A DNA stretch of 64,000 nt, taken from NCBI GenBank assembly GCA_964016885.1, contig OZ024743.1:157232001-157296000 (forward strand). Reading direction: 5' to 3'. Positions 39,650-53,321 of this stretch are shown here, piece after piece. A model generated the notes under the pieces. That model made no database searches, had not been told where the DNA came from, and was given only the letters and a program-made list of their open reading frames with translations. Made by a program: the position numbers and the translations under genes. The stretch's first letter is position 1; every line of letters begins with the position of its first letter. Source of the stretch: Eledone cirrhosa (Eukaryota).

Positions 39650-40372
39650 CTCACTGTTCACCTGCCAAACTGTCAGAGCTAGTGAAAATATATGCTATTT
39701 TCAAAAATACACAGTGACTGATCAGTCAGATCTGCATATTAGCAGATCCACTGATCAGCCAAATTTGCATATTAGCAGACTGACCAGTCATTTTCCTGTA
39801 TAAGAGCGTTTATTTGAATCTGGCTTTGCCAGATTCAAATAAAAAATAAAATTTCGCTTTACATGGCTGAATACAATAAATGTAATCTGAGTTTTTCGAA
39901 TATAAATAACAACATTCAATTCATTTGCAATTATGCAAACAAGCCTCAATTTTATAGCCATGTCAGTAGAATGAACTCTTCATTCTTGCTCTTGTGTTGA
40001 TCAGTGGATCTGCTAATATGCAAATCAGGCCGATCATACACTGTGTATTTTAGAAAATAGCATATATTTTCACTAGCACTGACAGTTTGGCAGGTGAACA
40101 GTGAGCTGTACTGATGTACCCAGAAACATTAGTGTCTGCAGTCTGTTCGAATGCCAAGGCAAGAGTAAGAATGAAGGGTTCATTCTACTGATATAAAATG
40201 AGACTTGTTTGCATAATTTCAAACGAATTAAATGTTATTATTAATATTCGAAAAACTCAGATTACATGTATTGTATTCAGCCAAGTAGAGCGAAATTTTC
40301 TTTTATAAATATATATATATATATGTCATCAAGACTATAAACACAGAGCTGGCATATCTGAGAACTGACTAA

Positions 40373-40426
40373 CTGCCTGATGAGGACATAGCCATTCAAT
40401 GGCTATCATCGAAATATTTATAGCAG
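40373..40426 (+). ncRNA. Minimal hammerhead, family I
   Basis: CTGC-CTGATGA-GGAcATAGCCAT tca ATGGCTATcATC-GAAA-TATTTA-TA-GCAG, in a ~150-bp island between microsatellites. Confidence 0.7.
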
Positions 40427-40469
40427 GATTATAAAGGATTATGAGTTCATACAATTGACTTATGCTTCG

Positions 40470-40561
<92 letters not shown>

Positions 40562-40674
40562 CTATATACTTGGTATAATATGTGTTAGTTAAACAGCCAA
40601 CACTAGTGTACATAGGATAGATAGGATAGAGCACTTGGTGAAGTATAAATGTAGGTCTGCATACTCCAGTATAT

Positions 40675-41400
40675 AAATATAATTGTTTCTACTTTTGGCA
40701 CAAGACCACCAATTATCACAGTGTATTACTGGTACTTTATTGTATCGACCCTGCAACGATGAAAGGCAAAGTTAACCTCGGCGGGATTTGAACTCAGACC
40801 CTAAAGGGCCGTAACTATTTGCTGCGAAGAATGTCGTCCGACCCTCTACCAATACTGCCGTAAGTATAATAATTGTTTCTACTATTGGCACAAAGCCAGC
40901 AATTACCCAGTACATTACTGGTACTTTATTTTATCGACCCCGTAAGGATAAAAGGCAAAGTTAACCTCGACGGGATTTGAACTCAAACCGTAAAGGGACC
41001 TAAGTATAATAATGGTTTCTTATATAGACACAAGGCCATCAAATTTTGGGGAGGGTAAAGTCGATTAAATCGACCCCAGTGCGTGAGTGGTACTTTATTT
41101 TATCGACCCCGTAAGGATGAAAGGCAAAGTTATCCTCGGCGGAATTTGAACTCAGATCATAAAGGGCCGTAACTCTCTACTGCAAAGCATGGAGTCCGAA
41201 TCCCTACCGATACTTCCAATCCACCGCCCTAATGTGTAAGTATAATAATTGTTTCTACTTTTGGCACTAGGCCAGCAATTATCCCAGTGTATTACTGTTA
41301 CTATATTTTATCGACCCCCGTAAGGATGAAAGGCAAAGATAACCTCGGCGGAATTTGAACTTAGATCATAGAGGGCCGTAAACTCAGATCATAAAGGGCA
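40675..41400 (-). mobile_element. Four head-to-tail copies of the tRNA-derived SINE
   Basis: Units begin at ~40675, 40863, 41003 and 41238 with (aag)tataataattgtttct; each contains ggtactttattttatcgaccc...aaggatgaaaggcaaag. Confidence 0.85.
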
Positions 41401-42049
41401 ATAATAAAGTATAAGTCAACAGGCTAGAATTTATCTAATTTATTCATTACGCAATCGCTTTTATACATATGTCGACGATAACAGTTATGCAACAATTAGG
41501 ACCTCATCAGACTGCTATTAAGTGATCATCAGAAATGTACTTGAATAAAACTAAGATATATGAAGAAAAATAAAGATTATTCATGCTGTTTCCGTTCATT
41601 GATATGTCACAGCCTGATTATTGATGTTGTTCACTCACAGCCCTGGTGTCATGTGATTTAGTATAATCAATCTCAGAGCATCAACATAAGGGGTACACAA
41701 GGCCCCTATCTATTGGTGAAAGATATTTCTAATGCTATATTGTCCCAGACATTCTGAATTCTCAAGTGGCTCCACGGTCTGAGATCGTCCGTCCACTTTT
41801 ACATCAATCAAGAATTTTGCTAATATTTTTACTTAGGGTGTTTCATGGTGGTCAACATTAGAATGCGGTGGTGGAGGCTTCAGAAAAACCAATAACATTC
41901 AAGGCTGTACCATCAAACCCTCAGTTAAATAGGATGTAGTACTGATCAGTATCAATGACTATAGGATCAGTATTAGTAGCGTTATTAGAACCAGGCTTTC
42001 TACTATAAAGTACAATACATATTAAAATGAAATGATATTATATGCATGA

Positions 42050-42535
42050 AGTTTGGAGACTGTACAAGCAGAACTCTTCAATACAAAAATCACCTTCAAA
42101 CAAAAACTGAGAGCTGTCAGCGAAAACACCGATATAAGTGAGTTGCTGAAAGGAAAATGAAAAGATACTGTCGAAACCAAACATCAGTCTATAGGGATAT
42201 GAGGGTCCCATCAATAAATTTTACTGAGGCCCCATCCCAGAAAGCGGGGATAAGAAATTCAACCGATATGCAGTTTATTTGAATGAGATACAAACGAACA
42301 GCATCTCCTGCATCACATCAAAATCATACATCAATGATGATACCCTTGAGACTGTGACAGAAAAACTTCAAGATAAGATAGCACCGGGAAGAGATTTGAT
42401 TGTTGGCTACTGGTACAAAAATCTGTTTTCTATCAAATGTAACTTATGAGCCTCTATCAGCAAGCCCTCGAATGAGCTGTATATAGGCCAAGGTTGTTGA
42501 ATTTAGCATAAACAATATTTGTACCGCAAAACAAA
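42050..42535 (+). pseudogene. R4/Dong-like LINE fragment
   Basis: KLQDKIAPGRDLIVGYWYK at ~42362, homologous to 48437 and 58092. Confidence 0.65.
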
Positions 42536-42644
42536 GATAACAAATTGTTTCAGCGATTTACCTGAAATTACTGCGAAGAATAGGTGGCTCGTTAAACGGA
42601 GAAATACATATCTTCATTGATATAATGTTTGTGTTGGGAAGGTC

Positions 42645-42730
<86 letters not shown>

Positions 42731-43279
42731 TGATGGAGTGCGTCCAGTCAACCTCAAATCTTCACGAGAAAGGAAGAACAATGGCACTGTAAGTGGAACT
42801 GGCCTGAAGAAGGGAGAGGTGTAGAAAGAAGGCAAAAGTGGGAGTAATTTCAGGTAAATCACTGAAACTGCAGGTGGTCAGAAATCTGATGAGAGTATTT
42901 TAATGGTTGAGATCCCTTCTCATCCATTCTATTTCTTCCTTCCTATTATTTCTTCGAGTCAACTCACATCGAGCCTCTGATTTCTGTCATTCGAGGTAAT
43001 GTTTAACCCAACGCCGTTTCAACGGTATTTTGCTGTTTTAACAGTTTCCTTATGCCGAGGTCTTCCATTCTCCTACAAATTCTAATACACTCACGTTCCA
43101 AATCTCGATATTCGAATTCATTTTGTTATTAATTAGACAAATTTCCCCTTATAATCACAATGTAAGGGAACGACTTCGGCAGCATTATAATTCTCGTTAT
43201 GTTAAAACAACAGTTAAACATTCACAATCATTGATAGTTTGAAGATCAATAAGCATAAATGGATGAGATGTACAGACCA

Positions 43280-43772
43280 TAATTCCTGCAGGAAAGACTG
43301 TATATGCAAATATGTATTTGGAAATCATATGGGATAGAAGATAGTGCTCTTTGTCATAGGGCAAAAATCATTAACAATTTCTTTTTAGAATCTGATACTG
43401 AAGTGGTGGCACCTTGTCCAGGATCAAGTCCTGACTTAAACCCAATTGAAAACCGCTGGAAATTGATAAAAAGCAAAGTTGACAAGCTAAACCCCAGCTC
43501 AATTATTGATTTCCAACAACGAATTCTTACTATATGGACACAACACATTACTCCTGAATATTGTGCCTCATTGGTGGAATGAATGTCACGCAGTAATTGC
43601 TGCCAAAGGTCATCAAACAAAGTACTAATTTGGAATAGACAATTTCTACCATAATGTTTTGTGTTGTATAGTTTAATAATATACATTGTTTATCTAATAA
43701 TTGTACCTTGTTCAATATCAACCTAACGTAATAAAATTATTGAGGGTGGTCTATGAATTATGCACAACACTG
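43280..43772 (+). mobile_element. Tc1-family transposon 3' fragment with probable right TIR
   Basis: DSALCH...PGSSPDLNPIENRW; ends ...ttatgcacaacactg. Confidence 0.8.
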
Positions 43773-43829
43773 CATTAGTGGAAAGTTATAAAATAATAAA
43801 ACAAGACCATACATTCATACATACATACA

Positions 43830-44165
43830 TCCATCCAGACATTCATACATGATGATGGATGCTCCCTCGTTATCGAATATGGCCATTGCACGATATAACA
43901 TTAATAATTATTAATTAATGTTATCGTGCAATGCCTGTGTGTGAAGATTTCTTTTTAAGACTGTGCACTGAGCCAATCCTACACTCTGAGTGACAGTAGC
44001 TATAACCCGAAAGGAAGAAAATATCAACATCATCGGTGACTACTGAACTGCATGTTTTATGTTAGAGTTATCCCAGTTTCCTGAGTTGCCTTCTCCTAGA
44101 AGAATTCCCTGACAAAGGCTAGGGGTCATTCACTCCCAGTGGTTTAACCACGTGATTGCGTATCC
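43830..44165 (-). mobile_element. Short RTE-derived element
   Basis: Minus strand has RTE-like 5' motif ctaggagaaggcaactc and a 3' hairpin + (ATGT)n tail similar to 48072-48120. Confidence 0.45.
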
Positions 44166-44519
44166 AGCCCGATTATTTCCCCGTACATATATATACATAT
44201 GTATACCTGCATATACATATATACATATATATACATATAAACGCATGCATATATGTATATACCTATTTACACATTTCTGGATGACTGTTGACTCTTATGA
44301 GTTCTTTCACCTTTTGTCAGGTTTTGATTTTTGTCCTAGAGGGTGTCCAAAATCACCCTCCTCACCAAGTAAATTTATTGAGGTTGCCAGTTTAATCGCT
44401 GACGACCCGACCATGCGACAAGTTTTACTTGGTTACATATTACCAGTAGCACTCGAGAGTGATTCAACATACATACATCATCTATTTTGAAAAATAAAGG
44501 CAAATTATTAGTGACTAGA

Positions 44520-47500
44520 CGAAATCATCATGGCAAAACGTATAAGTTTACGACCAAATCGCAACTACAACCATTGTATACAATGGAGCTACAATTTCAA
44601 CAAAATTTATATGAAGCTTAGAAACAACTACCCCTAAAGCTCGGTTTTAAGCAAAGGCTAAAAACTTTGTGGAACTCCAAACACCCAGAATTAGAATTTT
44701 CCCAAAAACATTTAAATGAATGGGTAAAATGTATAGATTAGGTTAGATATAAATTGATACATCTAACGGAACTGGGTGACACTATAAAGACAGACATTGA
44801 AGATAATCATCCAATTTCTACTGACGGACAGCGAGAATGGTCAGCTACATCTAGCAGTAAACAACACACCAACAACGTAGCTGAAATCCATAACTCTACT
44901 GTACAAGCAGAACACCAGAACCTTATGAGCAAGTGATATGGGATGATATGTTTCAAGAGATTCACAGCCTTAATGTGAGTAACAGACCATACAACACTAG
45001 AATCAACAAAGAGCCCACTAAATTGGAATTGGAAGCAGTGAACAAAATAGCTGACAATTATCTGAAGGCCACAAGGTTCAAAGATATAGAAACGACATAT
45101 GAAATGCTTAATATCTTATATGTTTCAGCTATCACATTGCTATCCTATCATAAACATCTAAAACCATGCAACCAAGATACAAACAGAAAGCTTGAACCAG
45201 CGTGGATGCGTAATAAAAAATAAAAGAAATGTTGTCCCTGAGATGAAGTATCTTACAGATCACTCTAGTTATAAAATGCAACATAGAGAGCAACTTCACA
45301 CGACATCAGGAAAAGGTAAGAAAAGAAAAGAGAGAGGTGATTTGGAGATACAATATTTAAAACTCTAAACTCCAAACTACACCAGTTGAAACAACAATCC
45401 ACAGCTGCAGCAGAAAGACTAAAATATAAGTCAACAGCACATAAAAACGGCAAGTTCTAAATAGATTATTTGCCAGATTATTGCAGCTTCAATGTGAAAA
45501 GCTCAATCTCTGTAAATGACACGCCTACAAAATTATAAGTTGGGAGCTACTGGAAGTCTGTATGGGAAAGAATGACGGATTTAACAAACAAAGTAAATAG
45601 CTAAGAGAACTGCAACAGGAATACTGTCAGCATGTCCAGACAAAACAATATGACATAGATGGGTCAATAGTGGAAACGGCTTTACAGAAAATATCGAATA
45701 GGAAATCACTAGACACAGACCTCATAACAGCATACTGGCTGAAGAATTTCACCTTCTACCAGTAAGATCTCATATGGCTGTTTAGAGAAACAATCAAAGG
45801 CACACAAGAACTGCCCCAATGGTTATCAACTGTCACTACTCTCCTTATTCCCCAAAATAGCCAAACCACACTTGCTAAAAATTATCGCACACTAGCCTGC
45901 CTTAATCTGTTCTTACAGGATCATTGTGCCACCAACAACAGTATAACACCTGAGCAAGCTGGTGGAAAGAGGGGGTGTGGGGTTTCATAGATCACCTATT
46001 AACAAATAAAAGGATACAGGAAAAACAGCAAAGAATCGCACGAACATGACTGTGGTGAGGCTAGACTATAAGAAGGCTTTTGATAGTGTATCTCATGGAT
46101 GGATTATTAAGGTTTTACAATTATCCAAAGTCCCACAACCACTAGTAGCTGCTGTTGAACGTCTGACCAAGAACTAGTACACGAATTTTATCCTTAGGGG
46201 TGAGAAGGAGTAAATTAAGACTGATAAAATACACTACCAGAAAGGCTGCTCTTCATCCTCTCACAAAACACACTATCAAACCTAGTCATAAAAAAGTGAT
46301 CATAGAAGTGGGTCCAGATGTATCTCCCATCTTTTCTTTGTTGATGGACTGAAGTTGTATGGGCCAAATACCAACTATATCAAAAATCCATTGGACCTCA
46401 TTACACAATTTTCTGCAGACATTAAAATGAAAGTTGGTGAGGCCAAATATGCATATTTGACAGTAAAACGTGCAAGGGTTGTGCCCTCCTCTGAAAATCT
46501 AGAGATGAACAGCTTGACAATACAACCTCTACAGTCAGGTGATAATTATAGGTATCTTGGAAAAGCTGAGAATGTCAGGTATGATGGACTCATAAATAAG
46601 CAGAACTGAAAAACTCAGGAGAGTAAAGAAAATATGGTCATCAGAACTCTCAACGTACAACAAATTCATTGCCCCCAATACTTTTGCTGTGCTAATCCTA
46701 ACGCCAACATTTGGCCTGCTGAACTGGTAATTGCAAGAGCTAAGTGAGATGGATGTAAGAATTCGCAATCTTCTCAGTGTTACTGGAAACTTTAACATCA
46801 ATGGTGATGTGGATAGGCTATTAATTCTCACGCAAGGAAGGTGACCGGGAGCTAAAATCCATATCAACATCATACGAGAATCGAATAGTAACACTGAAGC
46901 AGCATGTTCAACAGAAATAAAAGGTCAGCAACCATCCTGCCCATGTTTATGGGCATGAAGGAAATGATAACATTAGGATAACCACAGATCTGGAGGAGAG
47001 ATGTGGAATAAGGCCTGATATAAATCTCTCTACCAGGAAAATTAGAAGATCCTATTCAATGATTGAACAAGATAAAAGAAAATGGACCAATTTAAGGAAA
47101 AAGTTGTGCATGGGTACCTGAGACGAAACATACAGATCATAGAGGGGATAAATCATTCAAAAAGCCTGGTTCCGACAGGTTTATGACATCCCTCCTTGAA
47201 AGATATCTCTATGCAATATAGGAATAAGAACTTCCTACCAAATATCTGCGACACACAAGAGGAGGGCCATCAGTCAACAATAAATGTAGGCTATCTAAAA
47301 CCAAGATCGAGGATGTTAGCCACATTGTTGCCAACTGCGAAAGAATGTCGTATCGCTACTACCTCCCTATGAGACACGATGTGGTAGCTAGAACCATATG
47401 GAACGCACTTAGGAAAACAACATTAAAAACAAATGAGGAGGATTATTGGTGGAACCTAAAAATAAAGACTGCCACCAAATTAAAGCACAACCGGCCTGAT

Positions 47501-47995
47501 ATTATTGTTTGGGAACACACATTGAAAACGGGCCCTATTGTAGAGATGCGCTACCCACTTGATGTAAACGTTGTAAGAAAAATACAAGAGAAGAACATCT
47601 ACGCACCATTGATGAGAAGTTTGCAGATCCAGTATCCAAGATACACCTTCAGCCTCATACCCATTATTCGGTGGATTGGCAGTATCGGTAGAGCATCGGA
47701 GGTCATGCTTTGACGCATAGAGTTACGGCCCTTTCCATTCTGAGTTCAAATTCCGCCGAGGTCAACTTTGCCTTTCATCCTTACGGGGTCGATAAAATAA
47801 AGTACCAGTAATTGCTGGCCGTGTGCCAAAAGTAGAAACAATTATTAGAGCTACAAGTTATATATACAAACTTGCTTGGACCAATGTATTGTATTTGTGG
47901 TCAAAGAGTGCAGCTTCTTAATTCATAGTCTACAAATGGCTGCGATAGCTGGCACCTTCAAAATTTGCAAAATATTCTTGCCATTCAACGGATGA
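44520..47995 (+). mobile_element. Degenerate R4/Dong-like RLE non-LTR retrotransposon (copy A)
   Basis: LDYKKAFDSV at ~46061; RHDVVA, HNRPDI in 47345..47713; many stops and frameshifts. Confidence 0.8.
47671..47847 (+). mobile_element. Full-length tRNA-derived SINE inserted in copy A
   Basis: A-box-like TGGCAGTATCGG, B-box GAGTTCAAATTCC, central gcctttcatccttacggggtcgataaaat, ATT tail. Confidence 0.85.
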
Positions 47996-48071
47996 CAATT
48001 TCTTTTCATTTACAAATTGCCACCAGGAAGGTGGCCATTCAAAAATGTACTCGAAATTAAGAGAACGAGAA

Positions 48072-48425
48072 ACATACATACATACATGGTGGCTGCCAAC
48101 TCGTTTTCGAGTACGGCCACTACTTTATATCCATGTAGGAGAACCCCTAAGGATGCGCTGAACATACATACATACACACATACATACATGGTGGCTGCCA
48201 ATTCGTTTTTGAGTACAGCCACTACTTTATATCCATGTAGAAGAACCCCTACCGATGCGCTGAACGAGTGTGACTTTTTTAGTCCAGCGAGCGACTTGAA
48301 AACTCTGGTACAACCACTACACTTGTGACAATTATTGACACATAGTGCTGGGCCCATGGTACCATGTGACGACAAGTGCAGAGAGATCTCCAGATATAAA
48401 GCAATGCCTGTGCCGTGAAGCTTTT
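48072..48425 (-). mobile_element. 3' end of an RTE-like LINE with duplicated terminal unit and (ATGT)n tail (same terminal unit at 59190-59300, plus)
   Basis: C-terminal C2H2-like CSGCTRVFKSLAGLKKSH; terminal hairpin gtggccg...cagccac followed by ATGT repeats. Confidence 0.6.
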
Positions 48426-48429
48426 ATAG

Positions 48430-50870
48430 GAAAACTGTGATAGGAAAACTCCAAGATAAGAAAACACCAGGAAGAGACATAATTGTCGGCTACTGGTACA
48501 AAAAACTGATATTCTATCGGAGGTATCTTACTGACCTCTACCAACAAGGTCTTAAGGGAGAGACACTTATACCAGAATGGTGGACAGTAGCGCAAGCATT
48601 ACTGGTCCCCAAGAACAAAGACACCCACTTGGCAAAAAAATACCGACCCATTGCATGCCAGAACCTGATGTAAAAGATGTATACAGCCTGCCTGAACCTA
48701 TTCTTCCAAGATCACTGTGAAAATAATAACACCTTCACAGATGAACAAGCAGCTGGAAAGAAAGCGGTTTGGGGATGTGCTGAACAACTCCTAATAAACA
48801 AAACTGCGATGTCGGTGGTGCGAGAACTTATGAGGAATATGGCTACAGTCTGGCTGGGTTACAGGAAAGCTTTCGATTCTGTTCCCCACTCTTGGATGAT
48901 AGGGGCCCTCCAGCTTGCTAAAGTCCCGGACATTATTATCAGAGCCATAAAGATGATATCTTCTTCTTCGGCTACTATCCTAAGGTTAAAGACAGAGAGG
49001 GAGGACTCCATTTCACTGATAAAATAAAATATCGCAGGGGTATATTTCAGGGAGACAGTCTCTCTGTGATATTATTCATCCTATCATTAAACCCCTTGTC
49101 CTTTCTGCTCAAGATATGTGAAGGATTGGCTCACAGGAGGATAGAAATACGAACCTAACCCATAATTTCTTTGTGGATGATCTGAAACTCTATGCCAAGA
49201 ACATGGATGGGATGAAGAAAAATCTTGACCTGGTTACAACTTTCTCAAAGGATATAGGAATGGAGTTTGCCCAAGATAAATGCTTATATATGACTGTAAA
49301 GCGGGGAAAAACCACAACCCAATTTAGCAACATTGTCATCAATGGCCTAACCTTTTCACCGATATCTGATGAGGACTGCTACAGATTCCTGGGGAGATAT
49401 GAGAACATATCCTATAATGGTATCTGTAATAAGGAACGCGTAACCAGGGAATACTACATCCAATTAAGAAAGATTTGGTGATCGGAACTCTCTGCGCAAA
49501 ACTAAACAGTGGCTCACAATGTGTTTGCTGTACCTGTCCTAACACCAAGATTTGGAATACTCAATTGGACGATAGACGAAATTCGAGCAGTTCATGTTAG
49601 AACTCGAAAAATACTAAACAACACCGGAAACTTCCACATCAAGAGTGACATAGACCGCTCTTACTTGAAACGTAAGCAGGAGGCAGAGGCCTAACATCAG
49701 TCCAGACAACATTTGAATGTTGCATCTTATCCCTCCGACAATATCTACGAACTTCGAAGCATAGGAGCCCGTGTCTCGAGCAAGTATATCTGCATGAAAG
49801 AGATAAGATCATGAGAGTTGGGAAGGAACTACTCGAGAGGTATTCCCTGCGTGATAATCAAAAACTCACACCCAGGGAAATCGCTCAGCAGTATCGCAGT
49901 GAATCCATTGATGAAAAACTGCATGCTTATTAGCAAAAAATCATGCAGGGATATGTTGCCAGGAAGCTCCAGAGTGAGAGTAATATAGATAAGGAAAGTA
50001 GTCTATCTTGGACCAACAAACGCTATATTGGCTCCCACTTTGAAGGATACGCTTTTGCAATCCAAGAACAGGAAATTAACACGAAATACCTGATTCACAA
50101 ACGAGATAGGTATGCAGGCAAGCACCTGCAGGAAAACACAAGTGCAGACTCTGCAGAATTAACATTGAAGATGTCACCCATGCCATCAGCAGCTGTCCAA
50201 AGATGTCATCGCGGTTCTATTTACCTATGAGGCATGATGTAGTGGCCAAAACACTGTATAAGGCAATCTGTAGAAAATATAGCCCCGATAATAAACACGT
50301 TAAATGCTACAGCAATGTGGAAGACATCCATGTACATAATATGAAAGAGTACTGGTGGAATTTTCCTGTAAAAACCCCAATAAAATGCAGACATAACAGA
50401 CCAGATATTATAATATGGGAAAGGGAGAATAAAGCATCCACAGTAGTGGAAATTAGCTGCCCAGCAGATGCCAAATAATATCAAAGATATTATATAATAT
50501 CAAAGATATTATATAATAGCAATATAATATAATAGCGAAAAGGAGAATATTTATGCAGAACTGATGAGAAATCTGCAGATACTCCACCTTGATTACACCT
50601 TCAGAATTATGCCTGTGATTATTGAGGCACTGTGGTATGTTAGTAACTGCCTCAGTACAAATCTTGAGAAGCTAGGCTTCACATGAACAGAAAGAACACA
50701 ACTAGTTAGGAAATTATAAGTACAATCCAGTAAAAATATGTAAAACATTCCTAAAATGTTGCATCTAATAACTGCATATACACATGTACAGATACAAAGC
50801 ATATACACATGCACACATACAACTCAAAAGATGCACATTCACACATACAATAACATCCATATCTACACAT
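48430..50870 (+). mobile_element. 5'-truncated R4/Dong-like RLE LINE (copy B)
   Basis: YRPIAC, KAFDSVPHSW, GIFQGDSLS, FVDDLKLY, RHDVVA, HNRPDI, VEISCP; disrupted. Confidence 0.88.
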
Positions 50871-53321
50871 GCATGCATGCATACATATCTACCTAGTTGA
50901 TGTTGTTTAAATTCCAATGAGAGAGTCTTGTGTCTATGTTACAAAACGATTCTCTCTCTATTGGTAAAAATTTGTGAAATTATAAAACTAGAAGAACATA
51001 CATACATAATTATATAAAGATAAATAGGAAGAGGTGGAAATAAAAAAGTAGGGAGAATGTTCTACCTAGATTCATTCACGTGTTTTAATGTGTCTTGTGT
51101 GCAAAGGAAACAGGAACATATTACGAGTTTGGAATCTAAGTCGTAAAGTTGGATTTTGAAACACAGGTTTTTCGATAAACTTTAGTAGAGAGTAATTTGA
51201 AAATATTAGTTTCTGATGAAAGACAATTTTAGAGAAGAGTGAACATAATAATTCGATTAGTGCTGGATATATGATAAATCGACTTTATTAAGGAGAGCCT
51301 GTATGATGGCAATAGTGGGATTTTGTTGATTGTATGCTGAAATGACTGCAATGATTAGTTGTTTTATTGGCATCTTGTAAGAGAAGCATTTTGAATATGA
51401 CGTGTGTGTGCATATTTTCGGAAGTATATTGTATATTGTATCACAAAAGTTTTATTAGGAGCGTTGCTGAGATGTCAGTTAAATTATAATTGCGTTGTTA
51501 TTGTTGTTCTGCTTGGTGGTGTATATATGTATAGATATTTGATTACCACTAAAGTTAAGCAAAATAATGGTGTTGACTACAGTCTGTTAATGCAAGATAT
51601 TCTCGCTGGCTAGATGGATGGCTGGTGTGTAACGAATTAAACTTGTAAAGAAGCTTCTCTAGAGGATTGATTTAATTACTGATAATTACCGAATAAAATG
51701 TTTACAGATTCAAGTCAATTTAGAATATTTTACCAATAAAACCTCTTTCCCAAAAAGTTCAATTACTGCAACTAGCAATACATGCTTCATTGTTCAGTTT
51801 TCAAAACAGCTGTACATTTAATAAAATAAAATAGCTAATCAATACACCTGCTAGTTTCTTTCATAGGAACGATGAAAAAAACAATCATATGAATAATGAT
51901 TGATTAATTCGACATGTAGCCTTAGGAAAATATAGTGAAATGACGTGTTTAGTAGCACATAACAGTGTATGTGCGTATGGGATGAGTAGTGAGGGGAATA
52001 ATAACGTAAAATGGCAGAGATAACAATATTTAGATCAAAGAAACGAAATTTCTTCATAATGAAGTAAAAATAAATAAGGGAACAATATGTAAAATTAAAC
52101 TAAAACATTTAGCGGTAGAACTGCATCAACCTTCCAACATCTTTATTTCTTATTGCTTTTTTTTTCCTTTTCTCTGCTGACATCGGTTGTTGAAGTTAAC
52201 TATAAAATGTCTCCCAATTTACCTTACTCCGAATTCCTTAAAGGTATGTTTTCTCAAATGAATTGGTTCCGTTAATTCTTCTTAGATATTATTGGTGTGC
52301 CATCGATATTTCTTCCAAAAATATAATTATTTACGCTGTGTCAATAGCAGTCCTGATGACTTAACTGAAGTCATCGGGCAATAAATATGACATGCTCAGT
52401 TTTTTACATTGGAATTCAGTTGTTCCTTGTGGGATGATACCTGTTAGATATTGTTTTCCGTTTAGGAATAAAAAATACTCTACATTCAACTACTTATATA
52501 GTTTTCTAATAGTTCGGAACATCCCATTTTTGATATCACCGATATATACATATATGCAAAAAGTAATCGGAAACAGCAAAGCGAAAAATACAGTGCAATG
52601 AAGAAGTATATTAGTTTAACGTTTGAGCAAGTAGAAAATGATTACGTTTCGGAGATACCTCTTTCCTCAGAAGATAGAAGGAGAAATGTATGAAGAAATA
52701 GAAAGATGAAGAGTGAAAAGAGGACGGAACGGAACCATATGTTTGAGAAAAAAACATGCCTATGTAGTCAGCCATATATGTTTTGAATGGGATAATAAGG
52801 TTTCATTTCTAAATGCTTTTATTACATATCAAACCGCTCGAGATCGTTACGGGTATGATAGTCATGGCGCCACTATCGGTATTACACTAAATATGCTGTC
52901 ATTTCAGGAACACACAATCCAATGGGTGCGTCGTTCAGATAGTTCTAAAGGTTTTGTAATGGTTACGTTTTTGATTTCGAAATTAAAATAGTACCAAAGA
53001 GTGAAGTAGAAAGAGTAATCAATATATAGAGGAGAAAGGTGTATTGATATATAAGGTGGTAAAGGAAGGTGATGGAAGAAATGTAAAACTTAAAAAAATA
53101 GTTTTTCAAAACATTTATGGGTAAATATATAAAGCTAATATTTTCATGATCTAACTGGAGTTGGCAAGTAAAACCACGGGAGCTTAGAGAAGAGGGCAGT
53201 AGAGTAAAATTTGAATATGATGTTGGTTGACAGTGATTAGGATACAATTTGTCAATATTCTTTTAATCTAGTAAGGCTGACTTTGTGTGTGGGGTGTGTA
53301 AAAATGGGGCTAGAGGCCCTA

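Larger units (their letters stand above)
39293..40305 (-). mobile_element. Family C element: ~400-bp unit interrupted by a SINE, partial tandem unit (from ~39880) and inverted arm (~40000-40305)
   Basis: 39294 motif repeats at 39881; HHR at 39606-39649 (minus), internally deleted HHR at 40106-40141 (plus); (TA)n flanks. Confidence 0.8.

Noticed and set aside
48087-48162. Possible HDV-like ribozyme at the R4-like 5' end
   Set aside because: Only a simple hairpin; better explained as an antisense RTE-like 3' tail.
52636-52675. Minus-strand CTGAGGA...GAAAC hammerhead-like motif
   Set aside because: Helix I could not be paired; at best degenerate.
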